Below, piece by piece: positions 37,150 through 50,205 of a stretch of DNA of 64,000 nt. Position 1 is the first letter of the stretch. Each line of letters starts with the position of its first letter. Position numbers and translations under genes: made by a program. The stretch is taken from contig NC_068985.1 of NCBI RefSeq assembly GCF_001194135.2, positions 62,999,204 through 63,063,203 on the forward strand, written 5' to 3'. Below the pieces are notes generated by a model. That model searched no databases and had not been told where the DNA came from. It saw only the letters and a list, made by a program, of their open reading frames with translations. The stretch comes from Octopus bimaculoides. Lineage: Eukaryota.

Positions 37150-37497
37150 TGCTTGCTTTCAGCCGTGTTAAGTTGCCATGCTGGAGCATCGCCTTTATAG
37201 TCGAGCAAATCGACCCCAGAGCTTATTCTTTGTAAGCCTAGTACTTACTCTATCGATATATTTTGCCGAACCGCTATGTTACGGGGACACAAACACACCA
37301 GTATCGGTTGTCAAGCGATGCTGGGGTGATATACATATATATACATATACGACGGGCTTCTTCCTGTTTCCTCTACCAAATCCACTCACAAGGCTTTGGT
37401 CGGTCCGAGACGACACTAGCCCAAGGTGCCACGCAGTGGGACTGAATCCGGGACCATGTGGTTGGTAAGCAAGCTACTTACCACACAGCCACTCCTC
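37150..37497 (-). mobile_element. SINE family A
   Basis: Reverse-complement match. Confidence 0.8.
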
Positions 37498-37499
37498 AA

Positions 37500-38160
37500 A
37501 TCTGAAGTGATATTGAAAACGATTAGCACTTTGCAAGTGATATTCAAAACAAAATCATTTAATTGTTTAGATGTTACAAGTGAAGGTGTAATTAAGCCAT
37601 TAATAGAGAAAACAGCATTTGTTGCTGTTATGTTTGGTGAGACTAACAGACCTTCGAAGGAAATTTTAACTGTCACACGTTTTGCGATTGGTTGATGAGA
37701 AAGAAAGGCTTCACGGTAGGTTTAATGGATAAGTCGATATCAATAAAGACAGAAAAGTTGCATCACTAACTCCCGAATGTCGAATTTTATTCCAAACTTT
37801 AAAAAGAATTTCGACTTTTTTCTCAATGTCGACGGCTTGAATAGCCCCGTACTGGATGAAATCGCTGGAAGGTGATTTCCGAAGTTACCTGAATTAGAAT
37901 TATTCATCTCGACAAGTATTCATTTTGTCCAACGAAATTGCTTTGCTTCGTGAGGTATTTTCAACCATATTACAAAATCCAGATGATTTTGCACAGGCAG
38001 GGGGGACTCATTGCAATCCTAGAAGACGTTTTGTGGCTTTACGAGCCAAATTGTGTGACTCAGAGATTCTGTTTTCGATTCTTCAAAACATATCCCTTAA
38101 TATTTCGAAGTGTTTTTTTGAAGTTCAGAGATTCGAAAAGCAATTAGCGTATACTGTAGT
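37500..38160 (+). pseudogene. hAT transposase relic (DUF4371/ZMYM1-like region)
   Basis: KTAFVAVMFGETNRPSKEILTVTRF..DEKERLHGRFNG.VDINKDRK matches the FVAIMLDETTD..QLS.VLRYV...ERF.GF.DV pattern. Confidence 0.65.
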
Positions 38161-38290
38161 GGTAGGTGTAATTTTTGTATTAATCGAGATTAGGCTCACT
38201 GCATATATTTCTGTTGTGTCGATGCCCCCATGCGAAGAAGTAGGATCTCCCAAGACATATAAATAGAGGTAGTCTGGCCGTGGTAGGTGT

Positions 38291-38353
38291 GTTGAGTAGC
38301 AGTTGAGTAGTGTTGAGTAGCAGTCGAGTAGCAGTTGTGTAGCGGTTGAGTAG
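38291..38353. repeat. 11-bp tandem repeat x6 (gttgagtagca)
   Basis: Six contiguous units, just downstream of a TATAAATA motif at ~38258, in an LTR/UTR-like segment. Confidence 0.8.
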
Positions 38354-38749
38354 AGATTATCCGAAGGTGCTAGATAGCAGTAGCTTGAGACATAACAATT
38401 TCAAACAGAAAATATTAAACATTAGATTTATTTAAAGGCAGAACATGAATACATATATAAATTATCAAATCTTCACTGGTCAAGCAGCAATGGGATAGGG
38501 ATCGACTTAACTGTGATTGCTCGGCCATTAGTTATTTTCAAGATACGAGACTGACGAAGTTTTGTTCTTGATTTTCTTGGTTAGAACCGAGTTGTGTTCT
38601 CTTCGAATGCCATGAGAACTCTGGTTGATTTCTAACGCTAAACTACTTAACTGGAGAAAAAGTGCATATCTCAAGGACAATTGGGATGATGTTCTAATTA
38701 GTAGTCGGATCTCCTGCAAACCGATTGGTCGAAAAAAAAGGTGTTCAGG

Positions 38750-39590
38750 CAAAGATTTCATGCCTCAACTATGGCTCATTCATGATAGTAAAACGATAAT
38801 TTAATGAAAGAAATTCAAATCATAGGGCTCACCACAATATCAAGAACAACAAATTTGAAGAATTTTACTGCCAGGCTCTGGATGGTGTCGCTGAACCACT
38901 AAAGAAGCGTGGTCGACATAAAGAACTAGAAGTTGCTTTAAAACTTTTGTTTAACAACATTTTGCATGAAGTTATGTTTGATGAGACTACAGACCTTCGA
39001 ATGAAATCTCAGCTGTCATACGTTTTGTGAATTGTTGATGAGAAGGAAAAGCCTCAGGAAAGGTTTTTTTTTTCGGATGCGTCGATGTCAGTAAAGATTG
39101 AAAAAATTTATAACACAATTGTGTAAAATTTTCTAGTTCAAATTAGTTGCAGTTTTGAATCCGAAGCTTTTTCACTCTTACGACAAAAAGTTTTGATGGA
39201 AGCATTTTCGTCTTTGAATATCTGTAAAAACATTAAATTTAGATGGATTGAAATACGAGCTAAAACCCATTTATGCTGCAGATTTTGCAAAGTAAGTGTC
39301 AAACATTCAAGAAATTGCAGATATAATACGGAAGCTTGAACTAAAACAAGCTGTGGCCAGAGTTACAAAATTACGATGTCTGATTCTGACTATATCTACA
39401 ACTGCTTCCTGTAATATATAGCTTTTTTCGTTAAAGCGAGTAAATAGTTATATGAGGTGTTCTCAAAGTAAAGAGTGATTCAATAATTTAGTTTTCATTT
39501 TCGTAAATAAAGACCTTTTGAAGAAGATAAAGGTAGAACGTAGTGCTGATACATTTTATACTAAGGTGATCGATGAATTTGCCGTCAACC
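38750..39590 (+). pseudogene. Second hAT transposase relic with C-terminal dimerisation domain
   Basis: VMFDETTDLRMKSQLSYVL*IVDEKEKPQERF..GCVDVSKD, and RVTKLRCLILTISTTAS...LKRVNSYMRCSQSKE*FNNLVFIFVNKDLL...FYTKVIDEFA. Confidence 0.8.
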
Positions 39591-39599
39591 CCTACCACT

Positions 39600-40180
39600 G
39601 TTCATCTCAGGTTAGTGATCAGCACAACCCCGAGCAATAGTTGACCACCTAACTTTATAAAGACTGTTAATGCCAAATTCAGTGAATTTCACATTAAAGG
39701 GGATATTCGCCCCCTCTCCTCTCTGTCCAGTTTATCACATTCTCTCAATCAACTGAAGGAGAAACATTTTCCGGCTCCTCCGCATGAGTAGCTACACTGG
39801 ACCGACCCACCAGGGTTTGTACAACCTGTTTTTACCTCAGACAATGTCAGGAAGGCGACTGCATCCTTCCCGGCGGGTTCTGGTGCTGTGATCGATGGCT
39901 TACGACCTCAGCATCTCAAAGATGGTATCTTCCTGTCAGCCGGTGGCGCTGGTCTTGAGACCTTGGAAAATCTAACACAGTTCATAAACTTGTTCTCGTC
40001 CGAGTACCCTTTCCTACATTCGTCCCCTGTTCTTTAGGGCTAAACTATTTGGTCTCACCAAGCCCAAAGGTGACCTCCGCTCCATAGCCGTTGGTTATAC
40101 TCTGCGACAGTTCACAGCAAATGTGTGTCTGTCCTTAGTTTCTAACTGCCTGTCCGCTGATTTTTTCCCTATTCAGTTAC
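39600..40180 (+). pseudogene. CRE-clade non-LTR retrotransposon RT N-terminal fragment
   Basis: LNQLKEKHFPAPP; VRKATASFPAGSGAVIDGLRPQHLKD; LENLTQFINL; IRPLFFRAKLFGLTKPKGDLRSIAVGYTLRQFTAN; FFPIQL. Confidence 0.8.
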
Positions 40181-40189
40181 TCACATAAC

Positions 40190-40590
40190 TATTTAAATCA
40201 TTAAGTGAAGTCGGATGCCCAGGGGCATTATCTAAAATTAAAAGAATTTTGAAATCTAAATTATAATTTTTTTGCAATCTTTTTCAGATGTGGAACAAAA
40301 ATGTATATTGAACAATTCTTCAAACAACAGCTTTGTTGCAAAAGCCCTTTTATTCGGTTTCCAAATTACTGAAAGAGATATGCCTTTTTATGCTCTTGGG
40401 TTCATTATACGATTAATTAGCATCGTTTTTAATTTGCATTCAACTTTGGCATTGCCTCCGAGTAGAAGTGTTAATTTATCCTTGGGTGCTTTATAACCTG
40501 GTGTCGTCGCCTCTTTTCTTGCCAGAAAATTCTTGTTGACATTTTATTCTCAGAATAGGCAAGTTTCGTCGACATTGCGGATTTGACGAT
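40190..40590 (-). pseudogene. pogo/Tigger-type (DDE_1) transposase fragment
   Basis: NVDETCLF...FLARKEATTPGYKAPKDKLTLLLGGNA...KLKTMLI...NPRA...VIWKPNKRAF...FKILLILDNAPGHP. Confidence 0.88.
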
Positions 40591-40954
40591 AATCCTACCA
40601 ATTTTCTCCAATTATATCTGTGAGCTGATAAATGTGGTTTTTCACTTATGGCCAATCGTACTTAAAAAATAGAAAATGACACAAATGAATAAAATTCTTT
40701 AAAAAAAAGCACCTATTGTTTTGTTTTATTTAATTAAAAAAAACGATCAAAATTTACTTCAACTTGTAAATTTTATTTTTATTACAGTGAAACATTAGAT
40801 ACTATAAAAAAAAATCAAGGAAGCAGTAAAACCACATGAAATTCGTGGACTGCTGTTTTATCTTAGAAAAAAGTTATAATTATAAAATGCAAAACATAAA
40901 GAAAAAAATAGAAGGATCTCACCGATGCCTTTTTTTTTTATAAACGAGCTTTCC

Positions 40955-41350
40955 TGTATGAGTTGTTGTTGGCACTCCGTCGCTCACGACGTCGAGGGTT
41001 CCAGTTGATCCGATCAACGGAACAGCCTGCTCGTGAAATTAACGTGCAAGTGGCTGAGCACTCCACAGACACGTGTACCCTTAACGTAGTTCTCGGGGAT
41101 ATTCAGCGTGACACAGTGTGACAAGGCTGACCCTTTGAATTACCGGCACAACAGAAAGAGTAAGAAACAGTGAGAAAAAGTTGCGGTGGAAGAGTACAGC
41201 AGGGTTCGCCACCATCCCCTGCCGGAGCCTCGTGGAGCTTCAGGTGCTTTCGCTCAATAAACACTCACAACGCCCAGTCTAGGAATCGAAACCGCGATCT
41301 TATGACCGTGAGTCCGCTGCCCTAACCACTGGGCCATTGCGCTTCCACAC
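40955..41350 (-). mobile_element. SINE family B' (different tRNA head, same 3' body as B)
   Basis: Head gcgcaatggcccagtggttagggcagcggactc...gtttcgattcc; 3' body shared with 32665-32990; (CAA)n tail. Confidence 0.85.
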
Positions 41351-41636
41351 ACACTGAACAAAACACATGGATTTTAGAAAATTTTTTATGATTTTGTTTC
41401 TGCATAAAATGTTCTTTAAAAATAGGCATGCTTCAATATGGCTACGATATCCCTTTCAAATGTTGACACCAGGGCTGAAATTTAGGGTGAATGGGTCTTG
41501 TCGATTTCATCAACCCCAGTACTTGACTGGTACTTAATCTATCGACCCCGGACGGATGAAAGCAAATTCAACCCCGACCGAATTTGAACTCAGAGCGCAA
41601 CTGCGGGCCAAATACTGCAAAGCGTCTCACCCGATT

Positions 41637-42050
41637 TGCTAACAATTTGCATAAGAGTCCGACAGCCCCCATCTGGAAGTTCTGGCTTTCTTCCGGAGTT
41701 TTGTTTCGACGAGGAGGTTATTCTCTCTTTCTCAAATGCTGTCATTACTTTCGAGACAAAACTTCTAGATACAGCAAACATTTCGTCTGTTTTCGTTACG
41801 CTAGCGCCTGCCATACGAGCACCAACAATTTGACCTCTTTGAAAGAACGATAGATCTGTCATTTTAATGAATTTAAATTACCTTTTTCTGATGATATCTG
41901 AAAAGAAGCAGCAATTTTAGCAAAACAACTTCAGCAACACTAATAATAAATCAAAAACATAAAAATAAACAAGCTTTTTACGGTTTTATAGATATTTCAA
42001 AATTATGATGCTATGATGCTAGGTGTTTCCATTATTTTGTCCAACCCCTG
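41637..42050 (-). mobile_element. Tc1-like element 5' fragment (TIR + HTH)
   Basis: TIR caggggttggacaaaataatggaaacacc (reverse complement at 42022-42050). MTDLSFFQRGQIVGARMAGASVTKT...SKVMTAFEK...NSGRKP is cut by a SINE C copy. Confidence 0.85.
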
Positions 42051-42554
42051 CATANNNNNNNNNNNNNNNNNNNNNNNNNNNNNNNNNNNNNNNNNNNNNN
42101 NNNNNNNNNNNNNNNNNNNNNNNNNNNNNNNNNNNNNNNNNNNNNNNNNNNNNNNNNNNNNNNNNNNNNNNNNNNNNNNNNNNNNNNNNNNNNNNNNNNN
42201 NNNNNNNNNNNNNNNNNNNNNNNNNNNNNNNNNNNNNNNNNNNNNNNNNNNNNNNNNNNNNNNNNNNNNNNNNNNNNNNNNNNNNNNNNNNNNNNNNNNN
42301 NNNNNNNNNNNNNNNNNNNNNNNNNNNNNNNNNNNNNNNNNNNNNNNNNNNNNNNNNNNNNNNNNNNNNNNNNNNNNNNNNNNNNNNNNNNNNNNNNNNN
42401 NNNNNNNNNNNNNNNNNNNNNNNNNNNNNNNNNNNNNNNNNNNNNNNNNNNNNNNNNNNNNNNNNNNNNNNNNNNNNNNNNNNNNNNNNNNNNNNNNNNN
42501 NNNNNNNNNNNNNNNNNNNNNNNNNNNNNNNNNNNNNNNNNNNNNNNNNNNNNN

Positions 42555-42639
<85 letters not shown>

Positions 42640-44066
42640 ATATATATATATATGTATGTATGTATGTATGTATATATATATATATACATGCATATATGTA
42701 CATATACATGTATGTGCATATGTGTGTGTGCGTGTACGTGTTAGTACATCCACGCACACATTCAAACACATACTTAAGTATACACACGTTATATACAGAA
42801 ATTTCTATCATTAATTCGCCACATTTGATATCTTGTCAAATAATAGGTCCCTCCAGGCTTTCAGTCTACCAAACACCGAACCACTCACTACCTACTTTTG
42901 TCATCTGAGTGCAGCGTACTCACCACGTGCCTCAACCACTGTGTAGCCAACATTAATTTATATTAAAGATATCCAATAGCAACTTTTATTATTGTATATA
43001 TCATGTCGTTTCCTACATACATAACACACATACATACATACTTACGTACATACATACATACATACATACACACTTACGTACAATCTTGAAATAAAACTGA
43101 ACAATGACATACATACATTCATATATATATATTCATTTATATATATACACACACATATATGTATATATCTAATTTGTGATAAATGGATATATGTCAATTA
43201 TGGGTTGAGTAAAGCGCGTTCACACTTTGGGCTACGTGGTGTTATCCGCTGTTGGGGTATATTTCCTCTGGATCTACGTCAGGAATTGAGCAGTGTTAGT
43301 TGAGATAAGGATAATCGATGAAGGAAACTGAAGATAGATGTAGCAATAATCTTTATTCAACGCGAAGATCGTTTCGACCCATCCTGCAATTATCCGATAT
43401 AAGTAGGATGTTGTGCTTCTATTTGTGTTGCATCATTACGTGCAGTTTGTGCCTCATCAGGTGCATGCATAAAAAGGGGGATGTCTCGCTAGATAAAAAT
43501 GTAGAAGAAAGATTACATTAAGATTAAGGCATAGGAGTCTACGATCGTCATACTGAATAAAGACTAGTTTCCGTGGCATGGAACGTTCGGACATGTTGGT
43601 TTAAACCATTTAGCATATAGTCATAGTGTGCGATATGGCTTGTAGCAGGCCTTGTACGGTATGTGGCATTGATAAGTTACAACAGCGACGAAACATTGAT
43701 GAAAGTTTCTGCTAGCTCACCGACTTAATGAAAAATAAAATTGCGAATTTACAACGGAAGCTGTTCAGAAACATTTCGTATATACGTGTGCGCGCGCGCA
43801 TGACTTTGCGTTTTTCTCCATGCCACTTAACAATCGGTGTTGCTTTGTTTACGTCCCCATTAGTTAACGGCTCGGCATTAGAGAACCATAGGATAAGTAC
43901 GACACAAAAAGAATAACATGTATTGGGTTCTATTTGATCGATTAAAACACTCTAAGGATGTTGCCCCAACCTGGCCCGCAGAGCAACGACTGGAACTAAG
44001 CGAAACAATAAAAGGATTAGCAGTTATCGTCGTCGTTAAGTACATTTTTTTACTGACACTTTTTAT

Positions 44067-44879
44067 CGGGGGCGGACTGAGCCGTCGGTCAATCGGGCAT
44101 TGACCGAAGTCTCGGAGTACTGAGGGGCCTACACTCTACATGTTGACTCTACTAAAACACACATTCAAAGGGGCCCGGTAAACAGTTGTGCCCGAGGGCC
44201 CTTAATACTCTCAGTCCGCGAGCTGGCAGAATTGTTAGCACGCCGGGTGAAATGCTTAGCGGTATTTCGTCTGCAGCTACGTTCTGAGTTCAAATTCCGC
44301 CGAGGTCGACTTTACCTTTCATCCTTTCGGGGTGAATAAATTAAGTACCAGTTACGCACTGGGGTCGATATAATCGACTTCATCCCTTTGTCTGTCCTTG
44401 TTTGTTCCCTCTATGTTTAGCCCCTTGTGGGCAATAAAGAAATAAGAAACGTTAGCACGCCGGGCGAAATGCTTAGTGGTATTTCGTCTGCCGCTATGTT
44501 CTGAGTTCAAATTCCGCCGAGGTCGACTTAGCCTTTCATCCTTTCGGGGTCGATAAATTAAGTACCAGTTACGTACTTGGTCGATGTAATCGACTTAATT
44601 CTTTTGTCTGTCCTTGTTTGTTCCCTCTATGTTTAGCCCCTAGTGGGCAATAAAGAAATAAGAAACTTTAGCACGCCGGGCGAAATGCTTAGTGGTATTT
44701 CGTCTGCCGCTACGTTCTGAGTTCAAATTCCTCCGAGGTCGACTTTGCCTTTCATCTTTTCAGGGTGGATAAATTAAGAACCAGTTACATACTGGGGTCG
44801 TTCTAATCGACTGGCTCTCTCCCCCAAAATTTCCGGCCTTGTACCTAGAGTTGAAAAGAATACTCTCAGTCCGCCCCTG
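44067..44879. mobile_element. hAT-type MITE (~158 bp) with nested SINE C trimer
   Basis: TIRs cgggggcggactgag and ctcagtccgcccctg; perfect 8-bp TSD ctttttat at 44059-44066 and 44880-44887. Confidence 0.9.
44220..44858 (+). mobile_element. Head-to-tail SINE family C trimer
   Basis: Three ~217-bp units flanked by the 16-bp direct repeat aatactctcagtccgc (44204-44219 and 44859-44874). Confidence 0.9.
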
Positions 44880-45260
44880 CTTTTTATAAACTCTGTTCCA
44901 TAATTATCATTATTAATGTTATATAAGTATTAGAATTATTAAAATGAGAATTGTTTTATTCTTATTCTATTCTCTTTTCGTCTTTAGAATGTTAGAAAAT
45001 TCCAATATTTATGGAGACAAATTTTTTAAAATTGCTATCATTCCATGAAACGGAAGAAAATATTACATAATCCGAGGATATAAAATGAAAATAATACATC
45101 GTACGAAGGCATGCGAAAGTATATTCGTTTTATATGACATCTCTTTTGATTTGTGAGATTAAGGACGAACATAACAGGGAAGATATTAAGTGCTTTGGAG
45201 CAAGATATATGTATTCTAGTTAGAACTGCACAGAAAATAATAATAACGATAACAATAATG

Positions 45261-45333
<73 letters not shown>

Positions 45334-45920
45334 GCGAAGAAGTGAATAGCAGGAAATAATGAGAAAAATATTCTCTATATGCACAAAGCATGAAGCATGA
45401 ACATGTACATATATTCATGCGCACGCGCAAAAGGCAAAAGAGATATATATTTGCACCGCGATGCTATTAGATCAAATGTTTTTCTAATCTAAGTGCGATC
45501 GTGTGAGATTGTATGGCAGTTGGGAGCTTCTTTCTGTTTCGTAACAATCTGCTTTCATAATCTCACTAAATAACATAATGTGAAAGAGAGTTAAGGAACA
45601 TGTTATACGTGTTAAATCCCATGACTATAGGTGTGTGTATGTGTGCGTGTATGTGCGTGTATGTATGCGTGTGTGTGTGTTAGTGTGCGCTTGTTTCCAG
45701 AGTAACATCTAGCAAGCGTTCATTCACGGGTGGATGCTGAACAGTAATACTGAAACTGTGTGTTGTGTATTCATGCAAGCATTAATTCAGATGAATACCT
45801 TAAAGCATATTGAAAATATCCATCTACAAATCGGCTTTCTGTTCTGTGCACATCACATCTTGTCATTGTTCTACACAGCAATGACATAACGCGCGCACAT
45901 ACTTATAGGCATAATATATG

Positions 45921-45976
<56 letters not shown>

Positions 45977-46436
45977 TTATACGTATTTATGCATGTATGA
46001 ATACATACATACTTACGCGCATATGAATTCACTGGGTTATAGACATAAGCATGCACACGGATGCATACACACACGTACACAAATGTATTAATATGTGTAT
46101 AATCTTTTTGACATATCTATCATTCTATTTCAATGTATTATCGCTTCGCTTTTAAACTGGAATTATTTCCATATTCATTGAGCTCTCTGCTAAAACGCTT
46201 TACGCTAGAAAATATCTCTGTTATGGTTGCAAAATACTTGTTCTTATTAATATAACACCGCATTTTTTTCTTTCTTTTTTACACAACTTTACAATACCAT
46301 TTCACACTTTCAGAAATTTACGCTCTTTGTAAAGTATTTCACACGTAGTAAGGATTTGAGTACTTGATATTTTTTCTTTTTTTTTTCGAACCCGTGAATA
46401 CAAAGGAGATAGCCGTCCCTTCACAACATACGGCCG

Positions 46437-46484
46437 TATTCCTCAACTTCAAATTCAAATTATTGAATTTGAAGTTGAGGAATA
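46437..46484. repeat. Perfect 22-bp inverted repeat with a 4-nt loop
   Basis: tattcctcaacttcaaattcaa-atta-ttgaatttgaagttgaggaata. Confidence 0.95.
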
Positions 46485-47654
46485 TAGCGGAGAAGATGCA
46501 TAGAATGGCCACATTTATTTTTCATCTATTACGAGGTTCTTACAATTCATAGTTGGTGGCAATCATGTATAGCACTATTTCATTCTTTTTCAAAATCTTA
46601 AGCATGACATAACCTGTAACTTATTAGATATAACGCGAAATGGGGCATATCATTAAAATTAAAAACGATATTAATTACTTTCCGTTGGAAATTCATGGAA
46701 TATTGTTTAAGGATTTATTTCTTCATAGGACGTTGGCAGTTTATGTCTTAAATTATTTTCGTATATTTCGGCTGGATTAAATTTAATCATAATATAGGGC
46801 TCTGTGACTGTTCGGAGGGAAAGAACAAAACATCCGTACACTGGAAGCTTGATCCGAGTTCTTGCAACAGTATGGAATCTGCTCAAAATACCCAAGTCGC
46901 TAGGTGGTGTCGTTGAACCAGATGGTAGATTAAGTCTACTTCCTAAGTAGGTCACGGCCGGATTTGAACTCAAAGCACAAAGACCCGGAGCAAATACTGT
47001 ACAGCTTCTGATCCAGCTTTCCTTATAATTCTGTCAATCGAGTATCTAGTAGAGGACTTTTTATCGACCTTAAAAAAAGATAAAAAGTAAAGTCAACATC
47101 GGCAGAACTTGACTACAGAGCAGCGAGTTTCAGAAGTAATACTCCGTGACATTCTATCCAAGACTCTAACGACTCAGCCGTTTCATCTCTCCTAGTGATT
47201 AGAGCAAAGCTATATGCTGTAGTATGTGAGAAAAAAAGTAAATGCTATCAACAAAATATATTATATTCTACTATATTTTCGGGGTCGATAAAATAAGTAC
47301 CCCAACTGAGCACTGAGATCTGTGCAATCTACTGGCCCACTCCTTCGATCTTACTGGCCTTGTGTCAAAATTTGATACCATTATCATTATTATTATTATT
47401 ATTGATGTTGTTGCTGTTGCTGTTGTTGTTGGTAAGCCGGCAAGCTGGTAGAATCGTTAGCACTCTGGACAAAATGCTTACCGAAGTTTCCTCTGTTTTT
47501 ATGCTTTGAGTTCAAATCTCACAAGTTATCTGTGTTGCTCATTCTTTTGGGGTTGATGAAATAAGCACCAGTTGAGCGCTGAGGGGCGATTTTAATCGAC
47601 TAGCTCACAGACCAAGATTTCGGGCCGTGTAGCTATAGTAAAAATTATTATTGC

Positions 47655-47691
<37 letters not shown>

Positions 47692-47896
47692 GTTGTTGTT
47701 GTTGTTGTTGTTATAATTTCTCATTTGAACTCTAGGAGTTGATGTAATCGACTTGCTCTTCCCCCAAAATTTCATCATCTTCATCGTCCTCCCTCTCATC
47801 TTCATCTTCCCCTCATCTTCCTCATTCCCCTCCTCCTTATCATCATCATTATCATCATCATCGTCATCATCATCGTCGTCATCATCATCATCATCG

Positions 47897-47928
<32 letters not shown>

Positions 47929-47989
47929 TCTTTGTCGTGAACGCAAGCATTTTCTCAGCGCTCCTCTTAAAAGTTATTTTCTTCTGCAA

Positions 47990-48660
47990 TTAATTAATTT
48001 TTCCTCTTTTCCTTGTTTCAGTCATTAGACTGTGACCATGCTGGGGCACACACTCTTGACGGATTTGAACAATTAAATCTTATTTTTTTGTTAAGTCTTG
48101 TACTTATTCTATCGGCACCGTTTGCCGAACCGCTACTTTACGGGGACATAAACAAATTATCCTCAGTTGTCGAACTGTAGAGGAAGACAAGAATTGACAT
48201 GCATACTCATGCACACAAACACACATATCTATTCAAACACACACACTTACACTCATATACACACACATAATTACTAATAATATGCAACAGGCCACCACAT
48301 AGTTTCCTATTTGTTTATTGCCCACAAGGGGCTAAATATAGAGGGGACAAACAAGGACAGACAACGGGATTAAGTCGATTACATCGACCCCAGTGCATAA
48401 CTGGTACTTAATTTATTTACCCCGAAAGGCTGAAAGGCAAAGTCGACCTCGGCGGAATTTGAACTCAGAACGTAACGGCAGACGAAATAACGGCGTGCTA
48501 ACGTTTCTGCCAGCTCGCATAGTTTCCGTCTACCAAATTCACTAACATAGCAATAGTCGGTGCGATGGAATAAAAAAAAAACACTTGCCCGAGGTGCCGC
48601 GAAGTGATATTGAACTCGAAACCACGTAGTAGCAAAGTGAAGTTCTTGAGCACAGAAACA
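47990..48660 (-). mobile_element. Decayed SINE A interrupted by a SINE C copy (48308-48517)
   Basis: The SINE C insert is flanked by the 10-bp direct repeat catagtttcc (48298-48307 and 48518-48527). Confidence 0.8.
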
Positions 48661-48989
48661 TGCTCAATGAAAAATTACTTGATGCATAAACAGAAACTTT
48701 TTGGTGGAGTTCTTTTTACCAAATGATATTTGATCTTTGACGCCCTTACTCTTGGGTAGTGAAGAGAGGTCGTCTTTGTACATTTGTATTGTGTACACAT
48801 AGTTTTGCAAATATTCAATTTTGTTTTCTCTATTTGAGGTTAAATTTGGCCAAATATGGGGTGCCCAGACGCTGACTAAGGGATGCGTATTTTCCTCCTC
48901 AGCCGATACGCTGCGATTTTTGGTTTTTCTTTACTAAATTTTTAACCTGATTTGATATATCTCAAAATGTTCCCTATATACACTGTTTA

Positions 48990-49024
<35 letters not shown>

Positions 49025-49026
49025 TG

Positions 49027-49068
<42 letters not shown>

Positions 49069-50146
49069 TGCGCGCGTGTGTGGTGAGGTGTATGGATGGA
49101 TGTCGGGTAGAAAACACGGATTTAGTTGGCAGTCATTGCGGTAGACTCTAAGTGTCTCGCCCGCTTCATGAGTCACTGTTGATCTCACGTTCGCAGAAAC
49201 GACCAGTTAGAAGTCAACCTGTCAGCGACGACCACGCTCGACTAACGAGTAGACGCGCATCATGTATGTATGTATGTATGTATGTGTCTGTGTGTATGTA
49301 TGTATGTATGTATGTATGTATGTATGTGTGTATATATGTATGTATGTATGTATGTGTTTGTGTGTATGTATGTATGTATGTATGTATGTGTGTATGAGTA
49401 TATGTATGACATACTGCACCCGTGATGACGCTCAGATTCGGTGTTCTGTAGTTGTGGGAAGCGTGGAGTTAGCCCTTAATAACCATTATTCTCAGGTCCG
49501 TTCTGACCCGGAAGCAAAGTGCCTATTAAATGCCTATCTATTAGTTAAATAGATGGGCCCCTAATAAGTATTTGACAAAACCGCGAGAAAAATAGTTATT
49601 ATAGGAGAAAGATATTCTGATATAAAATTGCAATGAAAATAACACAAGTCATTTTCCATTGTTTGTCATTTAATAGCTTTTCAATTCTTGATCCATTTTG
49701 TATTTAATAAAGTCTTATAGCGATGGATGCAGGGCGTGAAAAGATTTCTTTCATCGTTTATTTGTTTCAGTAATTGGACTACGGCCATGCTGGGGTATCA
49801 TTGAAGGGTTTCGTCAAACAAAAGGACCTCAGTACATATTTTTTTTTTAAGCCAAGTACTTAGTTTAACGCCCTCTTTTGACGCACCACACATCACGGGC
49901 ACATAAACAGACCAACACCTGCTCGCAAGCAGTAGAGAAACAAACAGAAACACACACATATAAGGCAGTAAGCTGGCAGAAACGTTAGCACGCCAAGTGA
50001 ATATGTAGAAACGCGGCCTGCCGGATACCTATTTAACATAAACCACCTTATCTTTGCAAAACACTCTGGCCGGTGAGTAAAATGGTTCGTCAGTAAATCA
50101 TAAATTTGAAAGAGAAGCGAAGAACACTCTAAGTTATAGAGCAGTT

Positions 50147-50205
<59 letters not shown>

